Source: Candidatus Latescibacterota bacterium (lineage in GTDB: Bacteria > Krumholzibacteriota > Krumholzibacteriia > WVZY01 > JAKEHA01). From it: a DNA stretch of 64,000 nt. Shown here piece after piece: positions 29,639 to 39,577 of the stretch; position 1 is the first letter of the stretch; each line of letters starts with the position of its first letter. The position numbers and the translations under genes were made by a program. The notes beneath the pieces were generated by a model. It did not search any database and was not told the DNA's origin. It worked only from the letters and a program-made list of their open reading frames with translations. Location of the stretch: the NCBI GenBank assembly GCA_963707635.1, contig OY970173.1, positions 864,001 to 928,000 on the forward strand. The letters are read 5' to 3'.

Positions 29639-29675
29639 CTGGAGCCGGTGCGCGAGACCGCGCGCGGCGCCGGCG

Positions 29676-30983
29676 CTACGATTCGTTGAGGCTTTTCAGG
29701 CTCCGCTGCGCCTTCTCGTTCGCGGGGTCGAGCTCGATCGCCCGTTCCCACGCCCGCCGCGCATCCTCCCGGTTGCCGAGCTTGAAGTACGCGTTGCCGA
29801 GATTCGTGTACGCCGAGCTGTTGTTCGAGCTGCGGCTCAACGCCTCGTTGTACATGTCGACGGCGCGGTCGTAGCTGCCCTGCTTGTAGAACACGTAGCC
29901 CAGGTTGTTGTACGCGGCGTGCAGGTCGGGGTTGAGCTTGATCGCCTTCTCGAACGCCTCGGCCGCCTTGACTTCTTCTCCCAGCTCGGTGTTGACGAGT
30001 CCGAGGTTGTTGTAGCACTCCGCGAACGACTCGTCGCGCTTGACCGCCTCCAGGAACTGCTCGCGGGCGAGCTTGAGGTCGCCGTTGTGGAAGCTGGTCA
30101 CGCCGAGGTTGTTGAACTTCATCGCTTCGCGGCGCTTCGCCTGCATGGTCGCGGGGTCCTCGGTCTTGGTGCGCTTGTCGTTGCGGATCAGGTCCACCAT
30201 TTCGGCCCAGTGACGCTCGAGCCGGTCGATACTCTCGGTCGATTTGGAGATGGTCGACTCGACGCGTTCCACGCGCGGCGCCATGTTCTCCAGCGCCGCG
30301 ATCCGCGTCGCCAGCTGCTCCCACTGGCTCTTGACGAGCTTGAGCCCGTCTTCGAAGCTCACCACCAGATCCGAGACGGTCATGGTGAGGGTCTCGAACC
30401 CGTCGTTGCGGGCGTCGATGGTATCCTTGATCTCCGCGACGCCGTCGCGGATCGAGTACATGGTGTCTTCCTCGTCCTCGCTCGGAATCAGTGACTGGAG
30501 CTTCTTGTCCACGTCACTCTTGAGCTTGGTCATGTGCTCTTCCTGGCGTTTTTCGACTTCGGAGAAGCTCGAGATCATCTCGGCGGCACTCTGGGTCTGG
30601 AACTTCCAGAACTTGTCGAGTTCCTTCGCGACCATGTTCGCGGTGGGGTCATTCTTCTCGGCGTTCGCCGCGCGCTCGGCCTGCTGGTTCGCGAGCTCCG
30701 CCTGCGCGGTGATGCCCGAGAGAATCGCGTCGAAGGAGCAGTCGCCGTTGTCGGCCCGGTAGAAGCGGCAGGTTTCGCGCAGGCAATAGAGGTGCGACGC
30801 CTGCGGGCTCGATTCCTTGGCCTTGGCGTTTCCGCGCGGCTTGCGCTGGGTCTTGACGCCGACCGCGCTGTCGCCGTCGTACCCCAGCACGACGACGTCG
30901 TTGTTTCCGGCCGGCTCGTTGATTTCGAGGACGCTCGTCCCCTCGCTCCCGAGCATGTGCGACATGAACGGACAGATCTTCAT
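29676..30983 (-). CDS. TPR protein with Cys-rich N-terminus and coiled coil
   Basis: MKICPFM...CLRETCRFY...C; heptad region; four C-terminal TPRs (NNLG/TNLG). Confidence 0.85.
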   Translation of the reverse strand: MKICPFMSHMLGSEGTSVLEINEPAGNNDVVVLGYDGDSAVGVKTQRKPRGNAKAKESSPQASHLYCLRETCRFYRADNGDCSFDAILSGITAQAELANQQAERAANAEKNDPTANMVAKELDKFWKFQTQSAAEMISSFSEVEKRQEEHMTKLKSDVDKKLQSLIPSEDEEDTMYSIRDGVAEIKDTIDARNDGFETLTMTVSDLVVSFEDGLKLVKSQWEQLATRIAALENMAPRVERVESTISKSTESIDRLERHWAEMVDLIRNDKRTKTEDPATMQAKRREAMKFNNLGVTSFHNGDLKLAREQFLEAVKRDESFAECYNNLGLVNTELGEEVKAAEAFEKAIKLNPDLHAAYNNLGYVFYKQGSYDRAVDMYNEALSRSSNNSSAYTNLGNAYFKLGNREDARRAWERAIELDPANEKAQRSLKSLNES

Positions 30984-31097
30984 AACGAGTTCTCCTTGAC
31001 CCCATGCCTGCGACGGCGAGTCATCGCCCCGACGACTCCGCAAAGTATTCGGTGATTTCTAGCAATGTCCGTGCCGCTGTCCCGCGAAGCGGCGCGC

Positions 31098-33296
31098 CTA
31101 ATCGAGCGTTGTCGTTTTTTCGAGCATGGTCGCGGCGCTGGACTGCTCGCTCAGATACTGTTCGTAGTTGCGCTGCGAGAGCCGCTCGTACTCGGCTACG
31201 CCAGGGAAGGCCTTCACCAGCCGCTCGAGCGTCCGCTTGGCGGCCTCAAAATCGTGGGTCGAGCGCTGGCACGCCGCGGTCTTGAACCAGACGCGGCGTT
31301 TCTGTTCGTCGGAAAGGGACGGCGTGTCGAGGGCCACGAACAGCTTCAGCGCCTGCAGCGGCCGGTTCGCGAGCAGCTGGTACTCGGCCTGATAGTAGGA
31401 CCGGGCAAATTCTTCCGCCTCGTTCGCGGGTACGAAATCGAGCAAGTCGTGCAGGTCGTCGACGCGACCATCCTCGGCGGCGCGCTCGAGCTGGGCGATT
31501 CGGGATCCGGCGCCCGGTGTGTCGGGCGCGACCGCGTCGGGGGTGGGCGGCGTCACGATCGCCGGCGCGGCGGCCTCGGGCTCGGAGTCGAGGTCCAGGG
31601 TGCGAGTGATCGGGTCGTTGCCCGCCTGGGGGTCGCCGAGGCCGGCTTCGCCGTCGACATGAAAGAACGCCGAGGCGCCGGCTTCGTACAGTTTCTGGGC
31701 GACGCGGTTGACGTGCACTTCCGTGATTTCGCTCCCGCCGGACAGGGTCGGGCGCTTGCCCGCGGGCGCAGCAGGCGTGGCGGGCACGTCGGGCTCCGAC
31801 GGCTCGGGCGCGCCGGTATCGTCGAGCGACAGCTCCATGGCGTCCATCAGCCCCTTCTTCGGCACGAATTTCTTCGGCGCTTCCGGCTCCGGCGCGGCCT
31901 TCCCGAAACGCGCGTCCACGCCCTTGCGGGGCATGGACGACGTGGTTTCGAACCCGTCCGCGTTTTCGAGGTGGAACTCCTTGTTCTCGAACATCTGGAA
32001 ATCGCCGGTGTCTCCGCCGGCGGATTCGGTCGGCTCCGCTTCGGGTTCCGCGTACTTGGCGAAGAGGGCCTCGAGCGACGGGTGCGCGCCCCGGTGGCGG
32101 TCGATCATCGCGAGCACCGCGTGCGAGCTCTGCGAAGAAGTCGAACACAAGGCCCCGAGGATCTCCCCGGCGCGTTCAAACTGCTTCTGCTCGAGCGCGA
32201 GCGACCCGTGGAACAGCATCACGTCGGTGGGGAGGAACCCGTCCTTCGCGCGCGTTTCCAGCCATTCGAACAACTCGAGCGTGTGGCCCCCGCGCTGGTG
32301 GAGTGGCCGCAGGATGTCGAGGGCGACGTTGGACTGCTCGATCTTGAGCGCGGTTTCAATCGCGAGCCACGTGCACGGGTTGATGCCGCCGGCGGGGTCG
32401 ATGTACGGGCGCATCAGCATGATGATCTCGCGCCCATTGTCCGGATTCGCCACCAGGTATTCACGGAGGACCGCCGCCGCGTCCTCGAGGTCGTTCTTGA
32501 TCAGCAGGACTTCCGCCAGACCGCGCTCGACCTTGGCGGGTTGCTTGGCGTTCTCGCGCATCAGCTTCAATTGTTCGGCGCACACGGACGCGCACGCCGG
32601 ATCGAGCCGCGCCGCCTCGATGAAGCGCGCGATCGCGTCGCCTTCCAGGGCGTTGGCCCGAAACGAACAGCCCCGCGCAAACCGCACCCGGCCGGACTTG
32701 GGGTGGTTGATCTCCAGCGCCGCCAGGAACGGGTCGATCATCTTGTGCTCGACGGGTTTCTCCGTGAGTACCTGGACGAAAGTCGCCATCGCCTCCTTGA
32801 ACTGCCCGAGCCGGGCGGCCAGGAGCGCGCTCGTCAGCTCGTTGGTCAGCTGCTCGCCGCGGAGCGTGTAGCCGCCGTGGCTCGCGGCCTTGAGCGACTG
32901 TTTCTTCGTCTGCGAGCGGTTCAGGAGCTCGCGCACGACGTGGTCGGGGACGTCGGCGAGGAGGCCGAAGGCGGCCTCGAGGTCGCGGCGCTTGACCGCG
33001 TGTTCGACGACGCAGCGCGCCAGCGAGGGGTCGTGCACGGTCTGGAGTTTCTCGCGCACGAACACGGTGATGCGGTCGCGTTCCTTGGTGAACTTCTCCT
33101 GCGCGGTCTTGAGGAGATTCGTCGCCTGCAGGAGCTCGCCGCCGTCGATGCAGACGTCGACCGCCTCGACGTAGAGGTCGAGCTCGTCGGGAAACATCTC
33201 GACGGCCTGTTCGAGGCGTTTGATCGCCTTGGGGAACTGGCCGCGCTTGCGCTCTTGCTGCGCTTTCTGGAGTGCGGATGCCGCTTTTTCGTTCAT
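31098..33296 (-). CDS. Large helical-repeat (TPR-like) protein
   Basis: TPR-like N- and C-terminal regions with an acidic/Pro linker; start MNEKAAS inferred. Confidence 0.75.
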   Translation of the reverse strand: MNEKAASALQKAQQERKRGQFPKAIKRLEQAVEMFPDELDLYVEAVDVCIDGGELLQATNLLKTAQEKFTKERDRITVFVREKLQTVHDPSLARCVVEHAVKRRDLEAAFGLLADVPDHVVRELLNRSQTKKQSLKAASHGGYTLRGEQLTNELTSALLAARLGQFKEAMATFVQVLTEKPVEHKMIDPFLAALEINHPKSGRVRFARGCSFRANALEGDAIARFIEAARLDPACASVCAEQLKLMRENAKQPAKVERGLAEVLLIKNDLEDAAAVLREYLVANPDNGREIIMLMRPYIDPAGGINPCTWLAIETALKIEQSNVALDILRPLHQRGGHTLELFEWLETRAKDGFLPTDVMLFHGSLALEQKQFERAGEILGALCSTSSQSSHAVLAMIDRHRGAHPSLEALFAKYAEPEAEPTESAGGDTGDFQMFENKEFHLENADGFETTSSMPRKGVDARFGKAAPEPEAPKKFVPKKGLMDAMELSLDDTGAPEPSEPDVPATPAAPAGKRPTLSGGSEITEVHVNRVAQKLYEAGASAFFHVDGEAGLGDPQAGNDPITRTLDLDSEPEAAAPAIVTPPTPDAVAPDTPGAGSRIAQLERAAEDGRVDDLHDLLDFVPANEAEEFARSYYQAEYQLLANRPLQALKLFVALDTPSLSDEQKRRVWFKTAACQRSTHDFEAAKRTLERLVKAFPGVAEYERLSQRNYEQYLSEQSSAATMLEKTTTLD

Positions 33297-33605
33297 GATG
33301 GTTGTGACGTGGGCGAACGCCCGGACGGAGGCTCCTAAGCGAATCGCATACCAGAGACGCGGACGCGAGGCGCATCGACCGAGGCGAGCGCGTAAACGCT
33401 TGTGGGGCAGTGGAATACTCTGTCGCGCGCGGCGGGTTTCGTCTTCGCTGCGCCTGGCGGCGTCTGCAAATTGCACGCGAGGGGAGCCGCAGGCGCTCGC
33501 TGCTCCGGCGTTGCGCCCGGCCCGTGCATTCAAGTATCATTCCTTTCAAACAGTTGCGGAATTCCCCGCCTTCAGGCCCCGGATCTCGAACTGTAGCTTC
33601 GAATC

Positions 33606-33986
33606 GTGAGCGGAACCTTCACCCTATCCACCGAATGCCGGCTGGCGGCGTCGCACGTCCTGGCGGACTGCCCGCCGTGCGACCGGATGCACGGGCACAC
33701 CTGGACCGTGCGTGCGTTCTGGGAATACACCTCGCTCGACGGAATGGGCATGGGGACGAACTTCCGCGATCTCAAGGGCGCGCTTCGGCGCGAGATCCAC
33801 GACCGGTACGACCACCGCCACCTGAACGACGTCGCACCCTTCGATCGCGTGCCACCGACCGCCGAGAACCTGGCGCGGGAAGTCTTTCTGATCCTGCGCG
33901 AGCGATTTCGCCCCGGGGAACGCGGGAGGCTCGCCCGGGTCGAAGTGTGGGAGGGACCCGAGGCGTGCGCGGCCTACGCGGAATGA
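33606..33986 (+). CDS. queD: 6-carboxytetrahydropterin synthase
   Basis: AASH, CDRMHGH, DHRHLN, PTAENLA, VEVWE. Confidence 0.9.
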   Translation: MSGTFTLSTECRLAASHVLADCPPCDRMHGHTWTVRAFWEYTSLDGMGMGTNFRDLKGALRREIHDRYDHRHLNDVAPFDRVPPTAENLAREVFLILRERFRPGERGRLARVEVWEGPEACAAYAE

Positions 33987-33989
33987 GCC

Positions 33990-34670
33990 ATGAGCGCTGA
34001 CTCGGGAGCCGCGAAACCCATGCGATCCATCGTGCTGGCGAGCGGAGGACTGGACTCGCTGGTGTCGCTCGCCCGGGCGGTGCGCGAGCGCGACGTGCGG
34101 CTGGTGATGTTTTTCGACTATGGCCAGCGCGCCCGCCAGAGCGAACGGGTCTCGTCGATGAGCGCGGCGAACTACTACGGCCTGCCCTTCGCCGACGTGG
34201 ACATTCGCTGGCTGGAGGCTCTGGCGCCCCGCGGGATGCGCTCGGATGCCCGCGGGGAGGAGGGCCTCTCGGCGCTCGAGCAGGTGTGGATTCCGAATCG
34301 CAACGGCGTGTTCATTAATGTTGCCGCCGCCTACGCGGAAAGCTACGGCTGCGACACCGTTGTCACCGGCTTCAACCGCGAAGAGGCGGAGGAATTCCCG
34401 GACAACAGCCGCGACTACGTCGACCGGGCGAACCTGGCGCTCGCGCTCTCGACGCGAAACCGCGTGCGCGTCGAGAGCTTCACCCTCGACCTGGACAAGC
34501 GTGCCATCATCCGGTTGGGGCTCGAGCTCAAGGCGCCGCTTTCCATCGTGTGGAGCTGCTACCGCAGCGGCGAGCGCATGTGCGGGCGCTGCGCCTCGTG
34601 CGCGCGTCTGCGGGTGGCGATCGATTCGCTCCCGCCGCCGGACCGGCCCGTGATCGAGTTCGACGCGTGA
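33990..34670 (+). CDS. queC: 7-cyano-7-deazaguanine synthase
   Basis: SGGLDS, FDYGQR, IPNRN, FPD, WSCY...CGRCASC. Confidence 0.92.
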   Translation: MSADSGAAKPMRSIVLASGGLDSLVSLARAVRERDVRLVMFFDYGQRARQSERVSSMSAANYYGLPFADVDIRWLEALAPRGMRSDARGEEGLSALEQVWIPNRNGVFINVAAAYAESYGCDTVVTGFNREEAEEFPDNSRDYVDRANLALALSTRNRVRVESFTLDLDKRAIIRLGLELKAPLSIVWSCYRSGERMCGRCASCARLRVAIDSLPPPDRPVIEFDA

Positions 34671-35221
34671 AGTTCTCGTACCGCATTCTGGACGGCGAGC
34701 TCGCGTACACCGGCGCGGAGCTGCGCAGCGGGTTCGTGAGCGCGCGCGGGGGAGCCGAGGGCGACGCGGCGATCGGGTTCGTAGGGCGGTGCCACGTGCC
34801 GAACGAGAACCTGGTCGACCTCGACGACGCGCGCGCGGGCGAGTTCATTCGCGCCGCCGCGATGGCCCACGTCATCGCCGAGCACGTCTGCACGCTGGAG
34901 GTCGCTGTGCTGCGCCAGCGGCTGCTGGTCGCGCTGCTGAGCGAAACGCTGGCGGAGAGAGGGAAGCTGGCGCGCCGAGACGGCGATGATCTATATTATG
35001 ACGGTCGCAAGCTCACCGTTTCGATCGCGGCGCCGTCGCGGTCGTCGTGCGTGATCCATCTCGGTATCAATATCGACCCGGCCGGAGCCCCCGTGCCGGC
35101 GGTGGGGTTGGCGGAGCTGGGGCTGGAGCCGCGCGCGTTGCTCGGGGAGTTGCTCGCGCGTTACCGGCGCGAGCTCGAGACGGCCGCGCACGCGCAAACC
35201 AAGGTAAGAACCGTTTCATGA
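34667..35221 (+). CDS. DUF366 family protein (BPL/LplA-like fold)
   Basis: YTGAELR, VDLDD, H.IAEH, RQRLL, RDGDDLY..GRKLTVSIA, IHLGINI; translationally coupled to queC and queE. Confidence 0.8.
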   Translation: MKFSYRILDGELAYTGAELRSGFVSARGGAEGDAAIGFVGRCHVPNENLVDLDDARAGEFIRAAAMAHVIAEHVCTLEVAVLRQRLLVALLSETLAERGKLARRDGDDLYYDGRKLTVSIAAPSRSSCVIHLGINIDPAGAPVPAVGLAELGLEPRALLGELLARYRRELETAAHAQTKVRTVS

Positions 35222-36075
35222 CGAAACCGATTCCGCACGACGCGCCGGGGTACACCCCTTCGACCGCGCACGCCGGCTATCTCTCGGAGATGTTCTGCTC
35301 CGTGCAGGGCGAGGGACTGTTCCTCGGGGAGCGTCAGATTTTTCTGCGCACGGCCGGGTGCAGCGCGACTTGTTCGTGGTGCGACACCGTGTACAGCAAG
35401 TCGCAGACGCCGCGTTTCGTCATCCACGATGCGGGGTACGCCGAGGGAAACGGCGAGCCCACGCGCTGGCGGCCCAATCCGGTGGCGCTGGACGACGTCG
35501 TCGCCGACGTCGTCTCGATCGCACGGACTCACACGCCCGTCACCGCGGTCAGCCTGACCGGCGGCGAGCCGCTCGAGCAGCCCGAGTTCACCGCCGCGCT
35601 CGCGCGCGAGCTGCGCGCGAAGGGCTTCCGCATCCACCTCGAGACGGCGGGCCTGCACGCGGATGCGCTGCGCCGCATGATCGACGACGTGGACGTGATC
35701 GCGATGGACGTGAAGCTCCCGTCGGCGACGGGCGTCGACGCGTGGGACCGGCACCGGGACTTCCTCGGCGTCCTGCGCGGGACCGCGTTCGACCCCGCGC
35801 GCAACCCGGCGCGGACGATCTTCGTCAAAGTGGTGGTGGACCCCAACGGCACGACCGCGGAGATCGATCGCGCGGCGGACCTGGTGGCGGCGTGCAGCCG
35901 GAGCATTCCCTTCATCCTCCAGCCCGAGAGCGGGGCCCTGTTCGCGCGCGGGTCCACACTCGCCGACCGGCGCGCGTTGCTCGCCCTGATCGACAGCGGC
36001 GCGCGCGCGGCGATGCGTCGCCTCGACACGGTGCGCGTCATTCCCCAGACCCACAAAGTGCTCCACGTCCGATGA
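35218..36075 (+). CDS. queE: 7-carboxy-7-deazaguanine synthase (radical SAM)
   Basis: SVQGEG, GCSATCSWCDT, LTGGEP, MDVKLPS, IPQTHK. Confidence 0.92.
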   Translation: MTKPIPHDAPGYTPSTAHAGYLSEMFCSVQGEGLFLGERQIFLRTAGCSATCSWCDTVYSKSQTPRFVIHDAGYAEGNGEPTRWRPNPVALDDVVADVVSIARTHTPVTAVSLTGGEPLEQPEFTAALARELRAKGFRIHLETAGLHADALRRMIDDVDVIAMDVKLPSATGVDAWDRHRDFLGVLRGTAFDPARNPARTIFVKVVVDPNGTTAEIDRAADLVAACSRSIPFILQPESGALFARGSTLADRRALLALIDSGARAAMRRLDTVRVIPQTHKVLHVR

Positions 36076-36755
36076 CGCCCGAGTTTCTGACCGGGGCGGT
36101 CCAGCTGGTGGTGTTCGTGTTCGCGGTGATCGTGCACGAGAACGCCCACGGGCTCGCCGCGGAGCGTTTCGGCGACACCACCGCACGCGACCTCGGGCGC
36201 ATCACCATGAATCCGATCCCGCACCTCGATCCCATCGGGAGTGTCCTGCTGCCGATCGCGGCCTACCTCTCGGGCGTGCCGCTCCTCGGCTGGGCGAAAC
36301 CGGTGCCGGTGAACCCGGCGAATCTGCGCAACCCTGTCGTCCACAACGCCTACGTGGCCGCGGCCGGGCCCGCGTCGAACTTCCTGCTCGCGCTGGCGGC
36401 GGCAATCCTCTGGATCGTCGTCGGCGCCGTGTTCAAGCACGTGCCCGGCTTGATCGAAAGCGGCGAACGCACGCTCTTCTTCTTCAACACGCTCTGCAGC
36501 AGCATGATCACGCTCAACTGCGTGCTCGCGATCTTCAACCTGCTGCCGATCCCTCCGCTCGATGGCCACTGGATCCTGATGCGCTACCTGCCGCCCGGCC
36601 CGCGCGAGGCGGTCGCGTCGATCGGACGGTGGGGATTCTTCATCCTGATCGCGCTCATGTGGTCGGGGCTCTTGTGGCGGATCATCGGCCCGGTGCTCTC
36701 GCTCGTGGTGGGCGGCTACCACGTGCTGGTGACCAGCATCGTGCGCGTGATCTAG
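36072..36755 (+). CDS. Site-2 protease (M50)
   Basis: HENAH, GWAKPVPVN, AAGPASN, FNLLPIPPLDG. Confidence 0.92.
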   Translation: MTPEFLTGAVQLVVFVFAVIVHENAHGLAAERFGDTTARDLGRITMNPIPHLDPIGSVLLPIAAYLSGVPLLGWAKPVPVNPANLRNPVVHNAYVAAAGPASNFLLALAAAILWIVVGAVFKHVPGLIESGERTLFFFNTLCSSMITLNCVLAIFNLLPIPPLDGHWILMRYLPPGPREAVASIGRWGFFILIALMWSGLLWRIIGPVLSLVVGGYHVLVTSIVRVI

Positions 36756-36767
36756 GGACGCGCGCTA

Positions 36768-36805
36768 GGAAAGCAGAAAGCCCCCCGATTCCCATCGGAG
36801 GGCTT
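36768..36805 (-). terminator. Terminator-like hairpin oriented for a minus-strand transcript
   Basis: Minus strand AAGCCCTCCGAT-GGGA-ATCGGGGGGCTT followed by TCTGCTTTCC. Confidence 0.55.
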
Positions 36806-37103
36806 CCCTGGCTGTGATTCCCGATCGGTTGTCGTGCGTGCGTGTGGCTGCGGAGCAGTTCGGAGTGTTCGTACAGCAGATGTCTGTGCGGCGACTGCCC
36901 CGCAGCACAGTCGGTTCGTTCAGCAACCGACGTGCCCGCTCGCGGTCGCCGCATGAGGACGCCACGTTCTGACGAGCCATCCGCGTGGCGCCGGCGTCCT
37001 CCGGCACGAACGTCCCGATCTTGCCCTATGGTGGCGTGTCGCGCCGCGCGCCGATCTCGAAATGAGAACCGGGCGTTGCAATCCGGTGTTTCCCAAAAAC
37101 CCC

Positions 37104-37132
37104 TTGACCTGTCACGAGTTATGGGGCAGAAT
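37104..37132 (+). promoter_or_regulatory. Sigma70 promoter of HU gene
   Basis: TTGACC-17 bp-CAGAAT. Confidence 0.5.
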
Positions 37133-37198
37133 GCCCCTCATATTCCTCGCTTGGCTTCGCCCACACACGGGGCGGTGACTATAGAAGGAGGCTCGCTC

Positions 37199-37477
37199 GT
37201 GACCAAAGCCGAAATCGTCGAGGACATCGCCAGCAAGACCGGTCTCACCAAGAAGGACGTGGCCACCGCGATGGACATGTTCCTCGAGTCCATCTCCAAG
37301 GCGTTGTCCGAAGGCAAACACTACGAGATCCGGGGATTCGGGACGTTCAAGGTGAAGAAGCGCAAGTCGCGCATGGCGCGCAATCCGCGCACCGGTGACG
37401 CGGTGCCCGTGCCCGATCGCAAAGTCCCGGTTTTCAAGGTGTCGAAGGAACTGAAGGACCTCGTCGCGAACGCGTAG
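37199..37477 (+). CDS. HU/IHF family DNA-binding protein
   Basis: TKAEI, IRGFGTF, ARNPRTG, PVFK; AAGGAGG SD, GTG start. Confidence 0.95.
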   Translation: MTKAEIVEDIASKTGLTKKDVATAMDMFLESISKALSEGKHYEIRGFGTFKVKKRKSRMARNPRTGDAVPVPDRKVPVFKVSKELKDLVANA

Positions 37478-37600
37478 CCTCTGATTCCCAAATCCAGAGC
37501 GGGTGGCGTGCACGGGACGTCCTCTCCGCTCATGCACTTCGCGCGCGATCGTTGAAAGCGCGCCTCGTGAAATCGCGTCGAGGACATCCCGTGCGCGCCC

Positions 37601-38644
37601 ATGAACGAACCGTCCCGATTCATCGACCTCCGCAGTGACACGGTCACGCGTCCGACCCCGGCCATGCGCCGGGCGATGGCGGAGGCGGAGGTCGGCGACG
37701 ACGTCTTCGGCGACGATCCTACGGTCATCGCGCTCGAGAGGCGCGTATCGGTTCTGCTGGGAAAAGAAGCGGCGCTCTTCGTGCCCTCGGGGACGATGGG
37801 GAATTTCCTCGGCCTCGCCTCCACCGCCGCCACCGGCGACGAAGTGATTCTCGACCGCCAGTGCCACGTCATGAACTACGAGGTCTCTTCGGCCGCGGCG
37901 CTCCACGGGCTGCAGTTGAACGCCCTCGACGGCGATCGCGGCGTCATCACCGCCGCGCAGATCGAGCCCCACATCAAGGTCGAGTCGATGCATACGCCGG
38001 GGACGCGGGTCATCGCGATCGAGAACACGCACAACCGCGCGGGCGGCCGCGTGTTTCCGTTCGACGAGATGCAGCGCGTGCGCGCGCTCGCGGACCAGCA
38101 TGGCTTGAGCGTGCACCTCGACGGCGCCCGTCTGTGCAACGCGCACGTGGAGACGCGCGTCGCGCTCAAGGATTACGCGGCGTGCGCGGACACGGTCAGC
38201 ATGTGCTTTTCGAAAGGACTCGGCGCGCCGGTGGGGTCGATTTTGGCCTCGCGCCGCGACGTGGTCGATCGGGCGCGCCGGCTTCGCAAGCGGCTGGGCG
38301 GCGGGATGCGCCAGGCGGGCGTGCTGGCCGCCGCGGCGCTCCACGCGCTCGACCACCACGTGGAACGGCTTCGCGACGACCACGCCCACGCCAAACGCCT
38401 GGGCTCGTTCGTCGAACAGGTTCCGGGCCTGTCGCTGATCTATCCGGTGGAGACGAACATCGTGGTGGCGCGCCTCGACGAGAAGGCGTTCACGGTGGAT
38501 GCCCTGCTCGCCCAGCTGCGCGAGCGCGGCGTGCTCGCGGTGGCCTTCGGCGCCGGGCGTGTGCGCATGGTGACGCACCTGGACGTGTCGGCCGACGACG
38601 TCGCGCGCGCGGGCGAGGCGCTGGCCTCGCTGCGGAGGGCGTGA
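37601..38644 (+). CDS. ltaE: Low-specificity L-threonine aldolase
   Basis: DLRSDTVT, SGTMGN, ENTHN, HLDGAR, CFSKGLGAPVGS, GGGMRQAG. Confidence 0.93.
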   Translation: MNEPSRFIDLRSDTVTRPTPAMRRAMAEAEVGDDVFGDDPTVIALERRVSVLLGKEAALFVPSGTMGNFLGLASTAATGDEVILDRQCHVMNYEVSSAAALHGLQLNALDGDRGVITAAQIEPHIKVESMHTPGTRVIAIENTHNRAGGRVFPFDEMQRVRALADQHGLSVHLDGARLCNAHVETRVALKDYAACADTVSMCFSKGLGAPVGSILASRRDVVDRARRLRKRLGGGMRQAGVLAAAALHALDHHVERLRDDHAHAKRLGSFVEQVPGLSLIYPVETNIVVARLDEKAFTVDALLAQLRERGVLAVAFGAGRVRMVTHLDVSADDVARAGEALASLRRA

Positions 38645-38821
38645 ACTGCCGGTGTCGGGCTGGTTGACCAGCCGATGCGCGTCGCGGCGGCCCAGCGCCC
38701 GCTTCGCTCGGCTTCCCGCCGGCGCGAGACTACCGATCTGCGGCGTGGCGGAGGCCCGGCGGGTGATCCTCGCTCGCTCCTGCGCAATGGGCCTCCTTGA
38801 CGCGCATCGACTGGTTACAAG

Positions 38822-39529
38822 ATGAATCAGAGAGCGGGCACGCTCACGCTCGTCGCCACGCCGATCGGCAACCTCGGCGACATCACCTACCGCGCGGTAG
38901 AGATTCTCAAGTCGGTCGACGTCGTTTTGGCCGAAGACACGCGCCACTCGCGCCGTCTCTTCAACCACTACGCCATCACGACGACGCTGCTCGCGTATCA
39001 CGAGCACAACGAGTCAAGAGTGACGCCGTCGATTATCGAACGGTTGCAGCGCGGAGACAATGTCGCGCTTATCACGGATGCGGGTACGCCGGGGATTTCC
39101 GACCCGGGCTTCTACCTGGTGCGGGCGGCGCTGGGGGCGGGTGTCGCGGTGACCATGGCGCCGGGCGCCAGTGCCGTGCTCCCGGCGCTGGTGCTTTCGG
39201 GGTTTCCGTGCGAGTCGTTCGTTTTCGGCGGTTTCACGCCGCGCAAGCCCGGCGAGCTCGCTCGCGCGATCTCTGCGCTCGAACACGAACCGCGCACTGC
39301 AGTGTTTCTGGTGTCACCGCACCAACTCCGCAAAGTGCTCGGCGCGCTGGCGGGGCAGTTCCCCGACCGCGCGGTCGCGGTCGCGCGCGAGTTGACCAAG
39401 CTGCACGAGGAAGTCGCGCGCGGGACGGCGGCCGAGGTGAGCGAGTACTTTGCGAAGGGCGAGGTGCGGGGCGAGCTCGTTTTGGTCGTGAAAGGCGTCG
39501 GAAAACGGCGACGCGAACACGATGAGTAG
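38822..39529 (+). CDS. rsmI: 16S rRNA (cytidine1402-2'-O)-methyltransferase
   Basis: VATPIGNLGDIT, AEDTR, DAGTPGISDPG, RELTKLHEE. Confidence 0.95.
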   Translation: MNQRAGTLTLVATPIGNLGDITYRAVEILKSVDVVLAEDTRHSRRLFNHYAITTTLLAYHEHNESRVTPSIIERLQRGDNVALITDAGTPGISDPGFYLVRAALGAGVAVTMAPGASAVLPALVLSGFPCESFVFGGFTPRKPGELARAISALEHEPRTAVFLVSPHQLRKVLGALAGQFPDRAVAVARELTKLHEEVARGTAAEVSEYFAKGEVRGELVLVVKGVGKRRREHDE

Positions 39530-39577
39530 TCCGGCGCGCTTGACGCGCTTCAAAGACCGGTGCTAGGTTCCGTCGCC

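Noticed and set aside
33461..33480. Possible sigma54 site upstream of the TPR genes (minus strand TCGCGT-N5-TTGCA)
   Set aside because: Lacks the invariant GG at -24.
33300..33605. preQ1 riboswitch upstream of queD
   Set aside because: No recognisable preQ1-I stem-loop with an A-rich tail.
36682..36954. His-rich minus-strand ORF plus hairpin as a his attenuator leader
   Set aside because: No downstream gene on that strand, no tandem His run and no SD.
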